From: Verrucomicrobiota bacterium
Lineage (GTDB): Bacteria; Verrucomicrobiota; Verrucomicrobiia; Limisphaerales; JAHDYP01
NCBI GenBank assembly: GCA_046047235.1
Contig: JBJOII010000011.1
Coordinates: 11,993-75,992, forward strand
Direction of reading: 5' to 3'
DNA: 64,000 nt
A program made the translations under genes and the position numbers. A model generated the notes under the pieces. That model searched no databases. It was not told the DNA's origin and was given only the letters and a program-made list of their open reading frames with translations. This document shows, piece after piece, positions 1 to 9,781 of this stretch; position 1 is the stretch's first letter, and each line of letters begins with the position of its first letter.

Positions 1-783
1 AACCCCGCCACCTACGCCACACCCGTAACAGTCGTCGATTGCAAAACTCTCGAGTCCAACCAACGTAACAAAACATTCAACGACTTTCACCAGCAAACAG
101 TCCAACGCTGCTCCCACGTCATCGAAGCCTGGTGCGTCGATACCTGCCAAATGTGGTACACCGGCCTCGGCCACGCCGCCCAACAAGGCCACCCCGGCGA
201 TGTCTACTGGATCATCCCCGGTGACTTCGACTACGGTAGCCACACCGGTAAAGCCGTCCTCTCCCAACTGCACGACCTCCCCGAAATCTGTCAGGAACTC
301 CAACAGGATATCTGCGTCGGCGAAATCGCCACCGGCCATAGCCACTCCAAACAACTGATCGATACCTACGGCACCTTCGCCCTCCTCTACAATTGGTTCC
401 CCTCCGAAGGCCGGGAAATCCGCCAATATACCGAACGCCCCCGCTCAGAGTTCATCGCCCTCCACCACGATTTCCTCCGGCAAATGCTCCGACAACGCTG
501 GTACGCCTACGAACAAACGGTCGTCCTCCTCCTCCAGGCCGTCTTCGCCCGCAGACGCATCAGCCGCTTCTTCGTCGGTCACGTCTCCGATCTCCCCCAA
601 GGCAGTGACTCCCTCTCCTCCGCCCTGCAACAAATCGAACGAACCGAACGTGTGCTGAAATCCGTCTGGCGCGAACGCCATGAAAAACAAGCCGGCTGGA
701 TCGACCGCTACCGAACCCTCGAATCCCAGTCAGACCAAATCGTCCGCGCCGCCAGCGTCATCCTGCAAAACCTCCTCGGCTAA
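1..783 (+). CDS. Hypothetical protein, 5'-truncated by the window edge; possible GT-A-fold glycosyltransferase-like
   Basis: Frame is open from base 1 (NPATYATPVTVVDCK...) into the 151..783 ORF. A hydrophobic strand followed by a DxD-like motif (YWIIPGDFD) is only suggestive of a GT-A fold. Confidence 0.55.
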   Translation, partial: NPATYATPVTVVDCKTLESNQRNKTFNDFHQQTVQRCSHVIEAWCVDTCQMWYTGLGHAAQQGHPGDVYWIIPGDFDYGSHTGKAVLSQLHDLPEICQELQQDICVGEIATGHSHSKQLIDTYGTFALLYNWFPSEGREIRQYTERPRSEFIALHHDFLRQMLRQRWYAYEQTVVLLLQAVFARRRISRFFVGHVSDLPQGSDSLSSALQQIERTERVLKSVWRERHEKQAGWIDRYRTLESQSDQIVRAASVILQNLLG

Positions 784-793
784 TAATGAACCC

Positions 794-1084
794 ATGAGCC
801 ACCTCAAAGCTCGGCGCTCAACCCGCGCCATGAATTTCTACTGCAACGATCCCTCAGCCAACGAGGTCAGCCTTGTCGGCGACTTCAATGAGTGGAACCC
901 CAAAGCTAACCCCATGCGCCAGCAACCCGATGGCGTCTGGTTCGCCTCCGTAGAAATGCACCACGGGCACCAGCGCTACGCCTTCCTCATCGACAAAGTC
1001 CTCACCCTCGACCCCATGGCCCAAGGCGTCACCAGAAACGACGAGGGAGACCGCGTCTCCCTCGTCGCCGTAACCGGCTTCTAA
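794..1084 (+). CDS. Stand-alone CBM48 / isoamylase early-set glycogen-binding domain protein
   Basis: ATG at 794 just after the upstream stop. Motifs ANEVSLVGDFNEW, GVW, YAFLID and DP are typical of CBM48/AMPK-beta-like domains. Confidence 0.8.
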   Translation: MSHLKARRSTRAMNFYCNDPSANEVSLVGDFNEWNPKANPMRQQPDGVWFASVEMHHGHQRYAFLIDKVLTLDPMAQGVTRNDEGDRVSLVAVTGF

Positions 1085-1111
1085 TTCTCGCCAGCCTGCT
1101 CCACGACCCCG

Positions 1112-4100
1112 TCAGGGCAACCGGGGCGTAACCAGCCGGTAATAACGCCCAACCCCATCCGCCGCACCCGGATCCGTCACGACAACCTCACCGGTAACCT
1201 CCGCCACGGGCACATCCAGCAGCCGAACCCAGTCACCCTGCGTCAAATCCGATCGCACCAGAACACTGTAACTCTTACCCGCCACCGCCCTGAATCGAAC
1301 CTCAGCCCCACTCCCCCCCCATCCCACACTCCCCAACGCCAATACGTCAGCCGCATCCAATGGATGCGTCCCGCTCAAATACTCTTCGTAATTCGACAGC
1401 CCATCCCCATCCGGATCTCCCTCAGCACCATCATTCCCTTCTGCTGAGGCCCCGTCCAAACCATAAGCCAACTCCCAGGCCGTCGGTAATCCGTCCCCAT
1501 CCGCATCCAGTGAAACCGCACCCGCATTCACCGCACCAGGCGTCGGCTCCGCCCCATCCCAGTTAACCGGATCCCCACCAAATGCACCCGAATCCAACCG
1601 CTGCAGCGAAAACCCTGTTGCCAAGACATTCGTCGGCCACGGCTCCGCCGCCTCATACTCCACAGCATCCACCAGCACATAAGGCACAAACCCCGGCGTG
1701 GCACTGTCCAAGCCCTGCGGCGGATCCGGCTTATACAACCGAACCGCCTCCCCCGCATTGTCCAATACCCCCTCATAGGGCCCCAGATAGATGACGTCCT
1801 CCACCAGACTATAGGCCGCACGAAACGCCGCCAGCTCCTGCGGACGTTGAACAGGATCAAACCCCGTCAGCAATACATAACCACCCGCCGGAATCTCAAA
1901 ACCCTCCGGGAAATCGAAATCCACCCCGCCCCGCAATCTCCACGTGTTCGTCGGCGCCGCCACGTCATAAAGGGGAACGGGCTGGTCACTCAGGTTCCTC
2001 AACTCCACAAACTCATCACGCGTGTTGTTGTTCGTCCCCAAATACGGCGCCGGATCATACTGAATCTCGTTGATCACCACCGGCCCCACCAGGGGACCCG
2101 CATTCATCGCTCCCAATGTGTTGACGCTCTGAGACACATACCACTCCCGCCCCGTGCTGCTCAGTAACCTGCCAAATGATACCCCGTTCTGCGCCGCACC
2201 ATACTCCGTCCCATGAATATACCCCGTGAGATTAGTGCCCCCGTCAGTCGCAAAGACATACACCTCGTCCCCCAGCGAACTCAGCCGGAAACTGGTCGAT
2301 GTCGTGTTCGTAAACTCCCTCTCGTCAAAGACCAAATAACCCCCGGCATCAATCACCGTCCCACCGGGAATCTGAAACTTGAAAGGCTGACTCCGGCTGT
2401 CAGACAACCACCATCCCCCGATGTCAGCCGCAGACAACCCGGGATTATACAACTCCACCGAGTCAAATTGCGGCGGATCCGTGTGCGTCAGAATCTCATT
2501 CACCAAGACCCCGGGAATCTCAGGCGGCAATGGATCCACCTCACCAGGCGAACCGCCCCACACGCTGCTCACCCTCCACGTAGCCGCCCGACCCCACTCA
2601 CCAAGCGCCGCCCCCTCATCCCTCAACACAAGTGAAAAACCATACCCGTCAGCCCCCAGATACCACGCATCTTCATAACGAAAATCATGAATCGGCTCCC
2701 CTAACGGCCCCTGCAAAAGCAGCCGCTCACCCCCGTTGTCCATCCCCCCAACATAAACCCCGCCAACCGGCCCCTTGCCCGGATAACGCAGCGCAAACGC
2801 CCCGGCGTCCGCCACCAAAACCACCCGCTCTCCCGACGCCAACTCCGTCACCGGACCCGCCGCATCAAAGGTAAATTCAATCGCCCCACTCACTCGCACC
2901 CCAGGCAACGAAACCACGGAATCACCCCGGTTCAACAACTCCACATACTCAAATGCGCCCGCCGTATTGGTCCCGTCCCGAACGGTCTCACCCGCATGAA
3001 ACATCAACTCGGAAATAACCAGCTCCGGGGTGCTCACCACATACGTCGCCGCCACTACCCCGGACCAGGGCGTCGATAACGGCGGCGCATCCGAACCCGT
3101 CTCATTGCTGTGATTCAAATCCCGTGCCCGCGCCACCAGACGAACGTTCCCATCCACCGTCACCGGCCCCGCATACTCCATCGCAGCCGAAGATACGCCC
3201 CCCTGCGGCAACCTCGGATCCGTCCCGTCCAAGGTGTAATAAAGAGTCGCCCCCGCCGGCCCCGATAATGTCACGCGCGTCCCTGCCGCAACCTCCCCAG
3301 CCTTCCGACTCAATACCGGCCTCGGCAACAGGTTCCCGTCAATAAATCCCAAGCGCGCAGAATACCAGTGCTTCACCCAGTCCACCTCGCCCTGATACGT
3401 CCCGCTGAAATTGTAAGTGTAGCCATCCGTGGTCCGGCTTCCTGACCTCGGCCGTACACCCCACCGGTTCACCTCGTTCGGCTGCTCCCTCCTCACCTGA
3501 TCGGCAAACATCTCCACAATCCCATGCACGTTCGCATCAGAGAACGCACCCGCCCGCAACTCCTGATACCGGTCCACCCAGCGCTGCCAGAAATCAATGT
3601 CCTGAAATAACTGCCGATACCACGGATTCGAATACGTCCCGTCCGCATTAAAGTAATCCGTCCCCCGATCTCCCACCCTCGATTGCCACACCGTAGGATT
3701 GAAATCCCGACCGTCCGTCGACCCTTGCGTCCGGTCAAAATCCCAGACCGGTCCCATCACAATCTTGCCCCCCCGAGGCTTCCTCAAATAGGAACTCAAC
3801 CTCAACCCATCCACATTAAAGGTCACAACCCCCTGAATCGAATGGTTGATCGCCGCATCCACATCGAGATACGCCGCATACCCGCTCACAGCATCCTTCC
3901 AGTTCGGCCCCGTTAACACAGAGTAAAACTCGTTCAGGTAATCCCGGATGTAATTCCTCTGCGGCGCCCGCTGCGGGGTGATGATCTCATCATACCTCGG
4001 ACTCAAATGATTGAATGACTGCCCCCCGGCCGACATCTGTGAAGTACCCGGATCCGCCCGATCCACACTCAGCAAATAACCACCCGTCACCTCCGGCTCC

Positions 4101-6235
4101 GCCACGTGCTCAGGCTGCAACCGGTCAATGTCCACCCGGTTCTTGTCCACCTTGATCTTCTCCTCCAATACGTAAATCCCATTGTAGTTCGCCATCGTTA
4201 CTGTCCCTCCACCAGTGTTCAGGAAAACCACGGCAAACCGCGTCCGCGGCGAATACTCACCCATCTGCCGACTCAACTCGTGCGCCACCGCATTGTTGAT
4301 CAAAATCGGCTCAAAATTGTTCGGCGCATATAAAACCCAATCCGACTCCTTGGGTAAACCTAACAAGCCCACGTTGCGCGGAAACTCATCCTCGTCGTGT
4401 GTCTCCAAAAAGAAACTCCCTTTCGGATATCCCAAGGTGCTCGACCCCCGCAAATGAAACACCCCGCGGCTCACCAAACCCGGAACATTCGTCAACGACG
4501 TCACGCCGTACATCGGCTCAAACGCCTGCACCAACACCGGCTGGTCAATGCTCGTCGGCACAGACCCTCCCCCGTAGTTGTGAAGAATGATGACCGGCAA
4601 ATCAGAAGTGTAGTTCGCCACCGCCCCGTCCACCTCAACATACATCCCCATCACCGGAGCGCTCGGCAGCAAACCGTCAGCAAATGCCCTAGCCCGTACC
4701 TGCGTCGTGTTGTTCAACGTCAACGCACTCGTATAAACCGGCGATGTCTCCGTCACCACGCCCCCGTCCGTCGTGTACCGGATCACCGCCCCGGGCTGTG
4801 CCACCGCCAAGCTCAACTCCACCCCCATGGATCCCACGAACGTCCCGCTCTCCTCACTAAACAAAACCTCGGGCGCAAAGCCCGCCCCGCCCGCCGCGTT
4901 CGGACCACCAGGCGTCGGAGTCGAAAAATACCCCACCCAGGTCGGATTCGATTGGTCCAAACCATAGGATATGTCCGTCTCCTGCGGCGGATAACCCGGC
5001 GCAAAATCCGCCACCACGTTCGTCTGCGAATTCACCAAAGCCAAATATCCCGCCTCCTTCCCCAAGGAAAAATCCGTGTGCAACTGGAACAACGGATCCC
5101 GCAAATCCCGGCCAGATGCATACACCACCAAGAAGCCCTTCGGCTCAATCACCACCTGCGGAAAACGCCAACGGGTCAAACGATCCGCCTGGTCCGTCAA
5201 AAACCACCCGTTCAAATCCACCGCCGCATCACCCGGATTATATAACTCAACCCAGTCAGAATCGTCCCCAAATGCATCGTTCAACGTGCGGTTGTTCGAC
5301 GCCATAAACTCGTTGATCAACACCGGAGGCGGCTGATAATCCGGATCCAATTCATACACCCAGCTACCCCCGCCAAATGCGTTGGCCTGTGAGGACAAAT
5401 CCGTAATCCCATGCCCAACAAGCCACTCCACCACCACCTGCCCCACCTCCGGCTGCGGAAAACTAAATACATACTGCGAATCGGTCGATGCACCCACCTC
5501 CGTCGCCGGAATCCCGTTGATCAATAAATCCCCCGCGTCCACCCCCGTCACTCCCTCGCTGAACACCACCTCCACCTGCACCAGACTCGCCACAATGGCG
5601 TTCGCCGACGGAATCAACTGCGCCACCAAGGGCGGTGTCAGATCCACCGCCGCAGACAGGGACGCGTTGATCACAAAATCACTGCTGTTCCCCACCGAAG
5701 CGTTGAACGCATGAATCGCCAATACATTCTCGCCCTCCACCAAAACCGAAGCCGGACTCGCGATTGGATAACTCTCCAATGTAGGCCACGGATTCACCTC
5801 ACCCAACGCCCCCAATGAAGTTCCGTCAAACGGAACATCCCCGCCAGGCATGTTGAATCGCGCCACCTCCTGACCGTTAATCCACGCAATAAACCCGTCG
5901 TCACTCGCAGCCTGTAACTCCAGCTCGCTCACGTCAGCCACCGACCCCACCAGAAATGTCCTGCGCAGAAAAACAGAACTGTAACTCCCCCGCATGTCCG
6001 TCAATTCCGTGCCGGGCGCGGGCTGCACCTGCCCATACCAAAACGGCGCCGCAGCCTCATCCCACCCGCTGTCATCAAAACCCGCCAACCTCCAGGCCGC
6101 CGCGTCAGGCGCCGAGGCCTCAGATACACCAACCCAATAACGCCAGTCACCATCCAGCGGCACAACTTCCGCCCCCCTCAACCCTATCGTCGTAATCAAA
6201 ACCGCCCCGAGATACGTCAACCATCGATACAGCAT
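1112..6235 (-). CDS. Large secreted protein with lamin-tail domains, CotH kinase domain and Fn3-associated/chitobiase-like domains
   Basis: Signal peptide; repeated INEF/ISEL/INEI...(D/E)WVELYN lamin-tail motifs; RYTTDG and YYTLDGTDP Fn3-associated motifs; CotH motifs LRGSST..PK, YNGIYVLEEKI and GPVWDFD; DxDGDG Ca-binding repeats; C-terminal YYRL tail. Confidence 0.85.
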   Translation of the reverse strand: MLYRWLTYLGAVLITTIGLRGAEVVPLDGDWRYWVGVSEASAPDAAAWRLAGFDDSGWDEAAAPFWYGQVQPAPGTELTDMRGSYSSVFLRRTFLVGSVADVSELELQAASDDGFIAWINGQEVARFNMPGGDVPFDGTSLGALGEVNPWPTLESYPIASPASVLVEGENVLAIHAFNASVGNSSDFVINASLSAAVDLTPPLVAQLIPSANAIVASLVQVEVVFSEGVTGVDAGDLLINGIPATEVGASTDSQYVFSFPQPEVGQVVVEWLVGHGITDLSSQANAFGGGSWVYELDPDYQPPPVLINEFMASNNRTLNDAFGDDSDWVELYNPGDAAVDLNGWFLTDQADRLTRWRFPQVVIEPKGFLVVYASGRDLRDPLFQLHTDFSLGKEAGYLALVNSQTNVVADFAPGYPPQETDISYGLDQSNPTWVGYFSTPTPGGPNAAGGAGFAPEVLFSEESGTFVGSMGVELSLAVAQPGAVIRYTTDGGVVTETSPVYTSALTLNNTTQVRARAFADGLLPSAPVMGMYVEVDGAVANYTSDLPVIILHNYGGGSVPTSIDQPVLVQAFEPMYGVTSLTNVPGLVSRGVFHLRGSSTLGYPKGSFFLETHDEDEFPRNVGLLGLPKESDWVLYAPNNFEPILINNAVAHELSRQMGEYSPRTRFAVVFLNTGGGTVTMANYNGIYVLEEKIKVDKNRVDIDRLQPEHVAEPEVTGGYLLSVDRADPGTSQMSAGGQSFNHLSPRYDEIITPQRAPQRNYIRDYLNEFYSVLTGPNWKDAVSGYAAYLDVDAAINHSIQGVVTFNVDGLRLSSYLRKPRGGKIVMGPVWDFDRTQGSTDGRDFNPTVWQSRVGDRGTDYFNADGTYSNPWYRQLFQDIDFWQRWVDRYQELRAGAFSDANVHGIVEMFADQVRREQPNEVNRWGVRPRSGSRTTDGYTYNFSGTYQGEVDWVKHWYSARLGFIDGNLLPRPVLSRKAGEVAAGTRVTLSGPAGATLYYTLDGTDPRLPQGGVSSAAMEYAGPVTVDGNVRLVARARDLNHSNETGSDAPPLSTPWSGVVAATYVVSTPELVISELMFHAGETVRDGTNTAGAFEYVELLNRGDSVVSLPGVRVSGAIEFTFDAAGPVTELASGERVVLVADAGAFALRYPGKGPVGGVYVGGMDNGGERLLLQGPLGEPIHDFRYEDAWYLGADGYGFSLVLRDEGAALGEWGRAATWRVSSVWGGSPGEVDPLPPEIPGVLVNEILTHTDPPQFDSVELYNPGLSAADIGGWWLSDSRSQPFKFQIPGGTVIDAGGYLVFDEREFTNTTSTSFRLSSLGDEVYVFATDGGTNLTGYIHGTEYGAAQNGVSFGRLLSSTGREWYVSQSVNTLGAMNAGPLVGPVVINEIQYDPAPYLGTNNNTRDEFVELRNLSDQPVPLYDVAAPTNTWRLRGGVDFDFPEGFEIPAGGYVLLTGFDPVQRPQELAAFRAAYSLVEDVIYLGPYEGVLDNAGEAVRLYKPDPPQGLDSATPGFVPYVLVDAVEYEAAEPWPTNVLATGFSLQRLDSGAFGGDPVNWDGAEPTPGAVNAGAVSLDADGDGLPTAWELAYGLDGASAEGNDGAEGDPDGDGLSNYEEYLSGTHPLDAADVLALGSVGWGGSGAEVRFRAVAGKSYSVLVRSDLTQGDWVRLLDVPVAEVTGEVVVTDPGAADGVGRYYRLVTPRLP

Positions 6236-6272
6236 GTCTTCCCTTCAAATAAACATTAGATCTGTCCGTCCA

Positions 6273-8696
6273 CTACGGCGCTTTGACGCCAAACTGTAAC
6301 ACAAACACCGCAACCAGTCCCATGAAACCTACGACAACGACATAATACAGGGTCGGCCAAAATGTCCGCCTCAACACCGAGCCCTCCCGCCCCAACAAAC
6401 CCACAGTCGCACACGCCGCCACCACGTTGTGAATCGCAATCATGTTCCCCGCCGCCGCCCCCACCGCCTGCAGGGCGACCATCACCGAAGTGGAAAACAG
6501 AAGCTTCTCCGCCACCCCATACTGAAAATAACTAAACATCAAATTGCTCACAGTGTTGCTCCCCGCAATAAACGCTCCCAATGCACCCACCCAAGGAGCA
6601 AAGAAGGGATAAATCATCCCAACCCTGCCCGCCACCCAGTCCGCCATCACCAATGGCATACCCGCTGCCCCCCCGGGGTTCATCCCCGAATTCAAATAAA
6701 TCCGCACCATGGGCACGGTAAAGACCAACACAAAACCCGCCCCCCACAACATCGCGGCACTCCGTCCCACCGCAACCTTCACCTCGCACCACCCAACCCG
6801 ATGAAGCCAAACCGCCACCCCACCAGCCAACAACAGCAAACTCCCCGGCAAATACAAGGGAGTGGACTTCGCAGTCACCCCCGTCCCCAATATCCCCACC
6901 CAGGATACATGCACAGAGGTCAGCCACCCCTGCAGCGGCAAACCCGGTAGCCGCGTCAGCACCAGTAACAACGCCACCACCCAATACGGCATCCACGCCC
7001 GCACCAACGACATGCCCGACGATCCGCCCCCCCTCGCACCCAGCCCCCCAAACCACTCCGCCGGCCACTCGCTCTCCTCCGGAAAATCCCACACCTCAGC
7101 CGGCAACCCCCACCCGCGCCTCGCCGCCACCACCATAATCCCCATCCCCACCAACGCCCCCAGTAAGGTCGGAAACTCCGGACCCAAAAAAATCCCCGTC
7201 AACATATACGGAACGGTAAAGGCCAGCCCGCCCATCAAGGTAAACCGCCATACCACCAATCCCTCCCGCCAAGATCTCCGCCCCCCAAAAAAACGCGTCA
7301 TCATCGTCACCATCAACAACGGCATCACGGTTCCCGCAATGGCATGAAACACCACCGCATGCCCCGTCACCACCTGCAAATAGTCCATCAGTCCCATGCC
7401 CATCCCCGCTAAATGCGACTCAACCTCCGTCCCCTGTAACCCTCCACGAACCCCAACCAAAATCGGCGTCCCCGCCGCCCCAAAGGTCACCGGAGTGCTC
7501 TGCACCATCATCCCAAGCATCACCGCCGCCATCGCCGGAAAACCCAAGGCAACCAGCAAGGGAGAAACTATCGCCGCCGGCGTCCCAAAACCCGCCGCCC
7601 CCTCCAAAAACGCCCCAAATAACCACACCATCAAAACCACCTGCACCCGACGATCCCTGCTCACCCGCTCAAACCCGCCCCGAATCACCGCTACCGCCCC
7701 GGATACCTGCAGCAGGTTCAATAATAGAATCGCCCCAAAAATAATGTAGAGGATGTCCAGCGTAATCACCCAACCCTGAAGCACCGATGCCACAATCACC
7801 CGCCACGAAAGATCCCAGAAAAAGAACGCCACCCCCGCCGCTAACACCAACCCCAATGGCATCACTCTGCTCGCCGAAACCCGAAACCCCACCAGCAAAA
7901 CCGCCAGCAAACACAAGTCCATCCGCGCCGCCTCCTCCAACGCAATCGCCATGTCCTTCACAAAATGCTCCACGTAAAAACCAGGCCCAAAATCCCCCCT
8001 TACAACCCGCGGAGCAAGATTCGACAACGTCCAGCAACCCGCCGCCCCACCACCAATCGCCCGCAATAGCTGCTCGGCATCCAACCCGGCTCGATACGCG
8101 TAAAGTAAACTCTCACAGACCCCGATCATCGTCCCCGCAATCACCACCTGATTGCTCATCTTCGTGTGCTGCCCAGCCCCCGCACCCCCCATGTGCACAA
8201 TGTTCGCACCCATCACCTCCAGTAACGGCTTCACCCGACCAAACGCCTCCACATCCCCGCCAACCATGATCGACAACGTCGCCTCCCTCGCCCCACGATC
8301 ACCTCCAGATACTGGGGCATCCAACGCAACCGCACCACGCTCTCCCGCCTCCCGCGCAATCCTCACCGCCAGACTCGGACGCGTCGTCGTCATGTCCACT
8401 AACACCACCCCCTCCCGCACCCCAACCATTACACCCGATGCCCCGAAATATACCTCCTCCACGTCCTCCGGAAAACCCACCATCGTGAATACTACATCCG
8501 CTCCAGCCGCAACCTGCCCCGGATTGTCTGCCCAAACCGCCCCGCGATCCAATAACGACCGAGCCTTCTCCCGCGTACGGCTAAACACCACCAAAGGATA
8601 ACCCCGATCCAGAAAATGCCCCGCCATCGACAACCCCATCACACCCGTACCCACCCACCCAATGCGAGGCAACGAGGCCTGTCCTGTGGAAATCAT
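6273..8696 (-). CDS. In-frame fusion of an NAD(P)-dependent beta-hydroxyacid dehydrogenase (MmsB/GarR/YkwC-like, aa 1-~263) and an L-lactate permease (LctP/LldP family)
   Basis: N-part has GWVGTGVMG, DAPVSGG and GAGQHTKMSNQ. C-part has FLEGAAGFGTPAAI, PVTFGAAGTP, GSNTVSNLMF and GAAAGNMIAIHN. The two join at MDLCL/LAVLLVGF with no stop. Confidence 0.8.
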   Translation of the reverse strand: MISTGQASLPRIGWVGTGVMGLSMAGHFLDRGYPLVVFSRTREKARSLLDRGAVWADNPGQVAAGADVVFTMVGFPEDVEEVYFGASGVMVGVREGVVLVDMTTTRPSLAVRIAREAGERGAVALDAPVSGGDRGAREATLSIMVGGDVEAFGRVKPLLEVMGANIVHMGGAGAGQHTKMSNQVVIAGTMIGVCESLLYAYRAGLDAEQLLRAIGGGAAGCWTLSNLAPRVVRGDFGPGFYVEHFVKDMAIALEEAARMDLCLLAVLLVGFRVSASRVMPLGLVLAAGVAFFFWDLSWRVIVASVLQGWVITLDILYIIFGAILLLNLLQVSGAVAVIRGGFERVSRDRRVQVVLMVWLFGAFLEGAAGFGTPAAIVSPLLVALGFPAMAAVMLGMMVQSTPVTFGAAGTPILVGVRGGLQGTEVESHLAGMGMGLMDYLQVVTGHAVVFHAIAGTVMPLLMVTMMTRFFGGRRSWREGLVVWRFTLMGGLAFTVPYMLTGIFLGPEFPTLLGALVGMGIMVVAARRGWGLPAEVWDFPEESEWPAEWFGGLGARGGGSSGMSLVRAWMPYWVVALLLVLTRLPGLPLQGWLTSVHVSWVGILGTGVTAKSTPLYLPGSLLLLAGGVAVWLHRVGWCEVKVAVGRSAAMLWGAGFVLVFTVPMVRIYLNSGMNPGGAAGMPLVMADWVAGRVGMIYPFFAPWVGALGAFIAGSNTVSNLMFSYFQYGVAEKLLFSTSVMVALQAVGAAAGNMIAIHNVVAACATVGLLGREGSVLRRTFWPTLYYVVVVGFMGLVAVFVLQFGVKAP

Positions 8697-8702
8697 GCGC
8701 CA

Positions 8703-8731
8703 ACCCTAGCCTCCCCCCACAAAGGCTGCAA
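8703..8731 (-). promoter_or_regulatory. Putative sigma70-type promoter giving a leaderless transcript
   Basis: Minus strand reads TTGCAG-N17-TAGGGT-N6-ATG(8696). Confidence 0.4.
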
Positions 8732-8788
8732 AACCAACTTCACCCCCCCACCTGCCCCCTCTCACACCCGCCACAAACCAGCCCAGGC

Positions 8789-9781
8789 CTAGAACAACGT
8801 CCCAATCGCAATCCCTATCGCACTCAACGGACCCTGGTCCTCCAACGACTCCGTCGCCTTGTCCAGCTTCTGCAAGGACAACCTCACGTTCTTGTACAAG
8901 GTCTCGTCGTTCACGATCTTGCCCACAGTCCCCTGCCCCTGGTTGATCTTCACCAGGATCTCCCGCAAGTTCACCACCGCCGCCGTCGCCTCCTCATATA
9001 AGGTCTCGTCCGTCGCCAACCGCCCAAGCGTCCCCTCCCCCTCACGCACCCCGTTCAATACAACCCTCGCATCCGCCAGCGCAGCACGGGCATCGTCCAA
9101 CGCCAGCCGCACATCCGCCGCCGCCGCATTGAAATTCGTCATCGTATTCACCGTCTCAACATAAAGGGTGTCCTCGTTGATCAACCTCCCCACCGTCCCC
9201 TCACCATCCGCGATCCGCTTGGTCACAGCCTTCGTGTTCTCCAATATGTCACCCATCCTCGAACTGTTCTCGCGAATGAAATCCGTCATCGGCCCCAGCA
9301 AATTCTGAATCTGATCCCCACTAAAACTCTGAGTCAGGTTCTCCACCCCAGTCGCCACGTTCTCCAGCTTCGCCATCAATGTCGATAAGTCAGGCTGCGA
9401 AACACTCTCCAAAATACTGCCCGGCGTCACCACCGGCGCACCCCCGCTGCCAAAACTCACGTCCACATAGTTCTGCCCCATCAACCCCGCAAACTGCACC
9501 CGCACCCGACTGTCCGTCCTCACCGCCTCCGGCGCCGTCAGCTTCATCGTCACCTCCACCAGCTGGTTCGTCAGAACAATGCTCTCCACCCGCCCAATCG
9601 ACTTGCCCCCCATCTTCACCGGATCCCCCTCCATCAACTCCTTCACGTTGTCAAAACGCGCCCGCACCCGAACCCCCGGCGTCAAAAAATCAAAACTCCC
9701 AACCATCTCCAACACCAAAAATGCCGCCACAAATGCCAGCGCAAAAAACAAGCCTAACCGCGTCTCAAGGGTGTTCCTCAT
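8789..9781 (-). CDS. mlaD: MCE/MlaD family protein with long helical C-terminal extension
   Basis: N-terminal TM (ETRLGLFF), MCE motifs GDPVKMGGKSIGRV and GLMGQNYVDV, three G(E/Q)GT(V/L)G(R/K)xxx(E/D)xTLY repeats. Confidence 0.85.
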   Translation of the reverse strand: MRNTLETRLGLFFALAFVAAFLVLEMVGSFDFLTPGVRVRARFDNVKELMEGDPVKMGGKSIGRVESIVLTNQLVEVTMKLTAPEAVRTDSRVRVQFAGLMGQNYVDVSFGSGGAPVVTPGSILESVSQPDLSTLMAKLENVATGVENLTQSFSGDQIQNLLGPMTDFIRENSSRMGDILENTKAVTKRIADGEGTVGRLINEDTLYVETVNTMTNFNAAAADVRLALDDARAALADARVVLNGVREGEGTLGRLATDETLYEEATAAVVNLREILVKINQGQGTVGKIVNDETLYKNVRLSLQKLDKATESLEDQGPLSAIGIAIGTLF

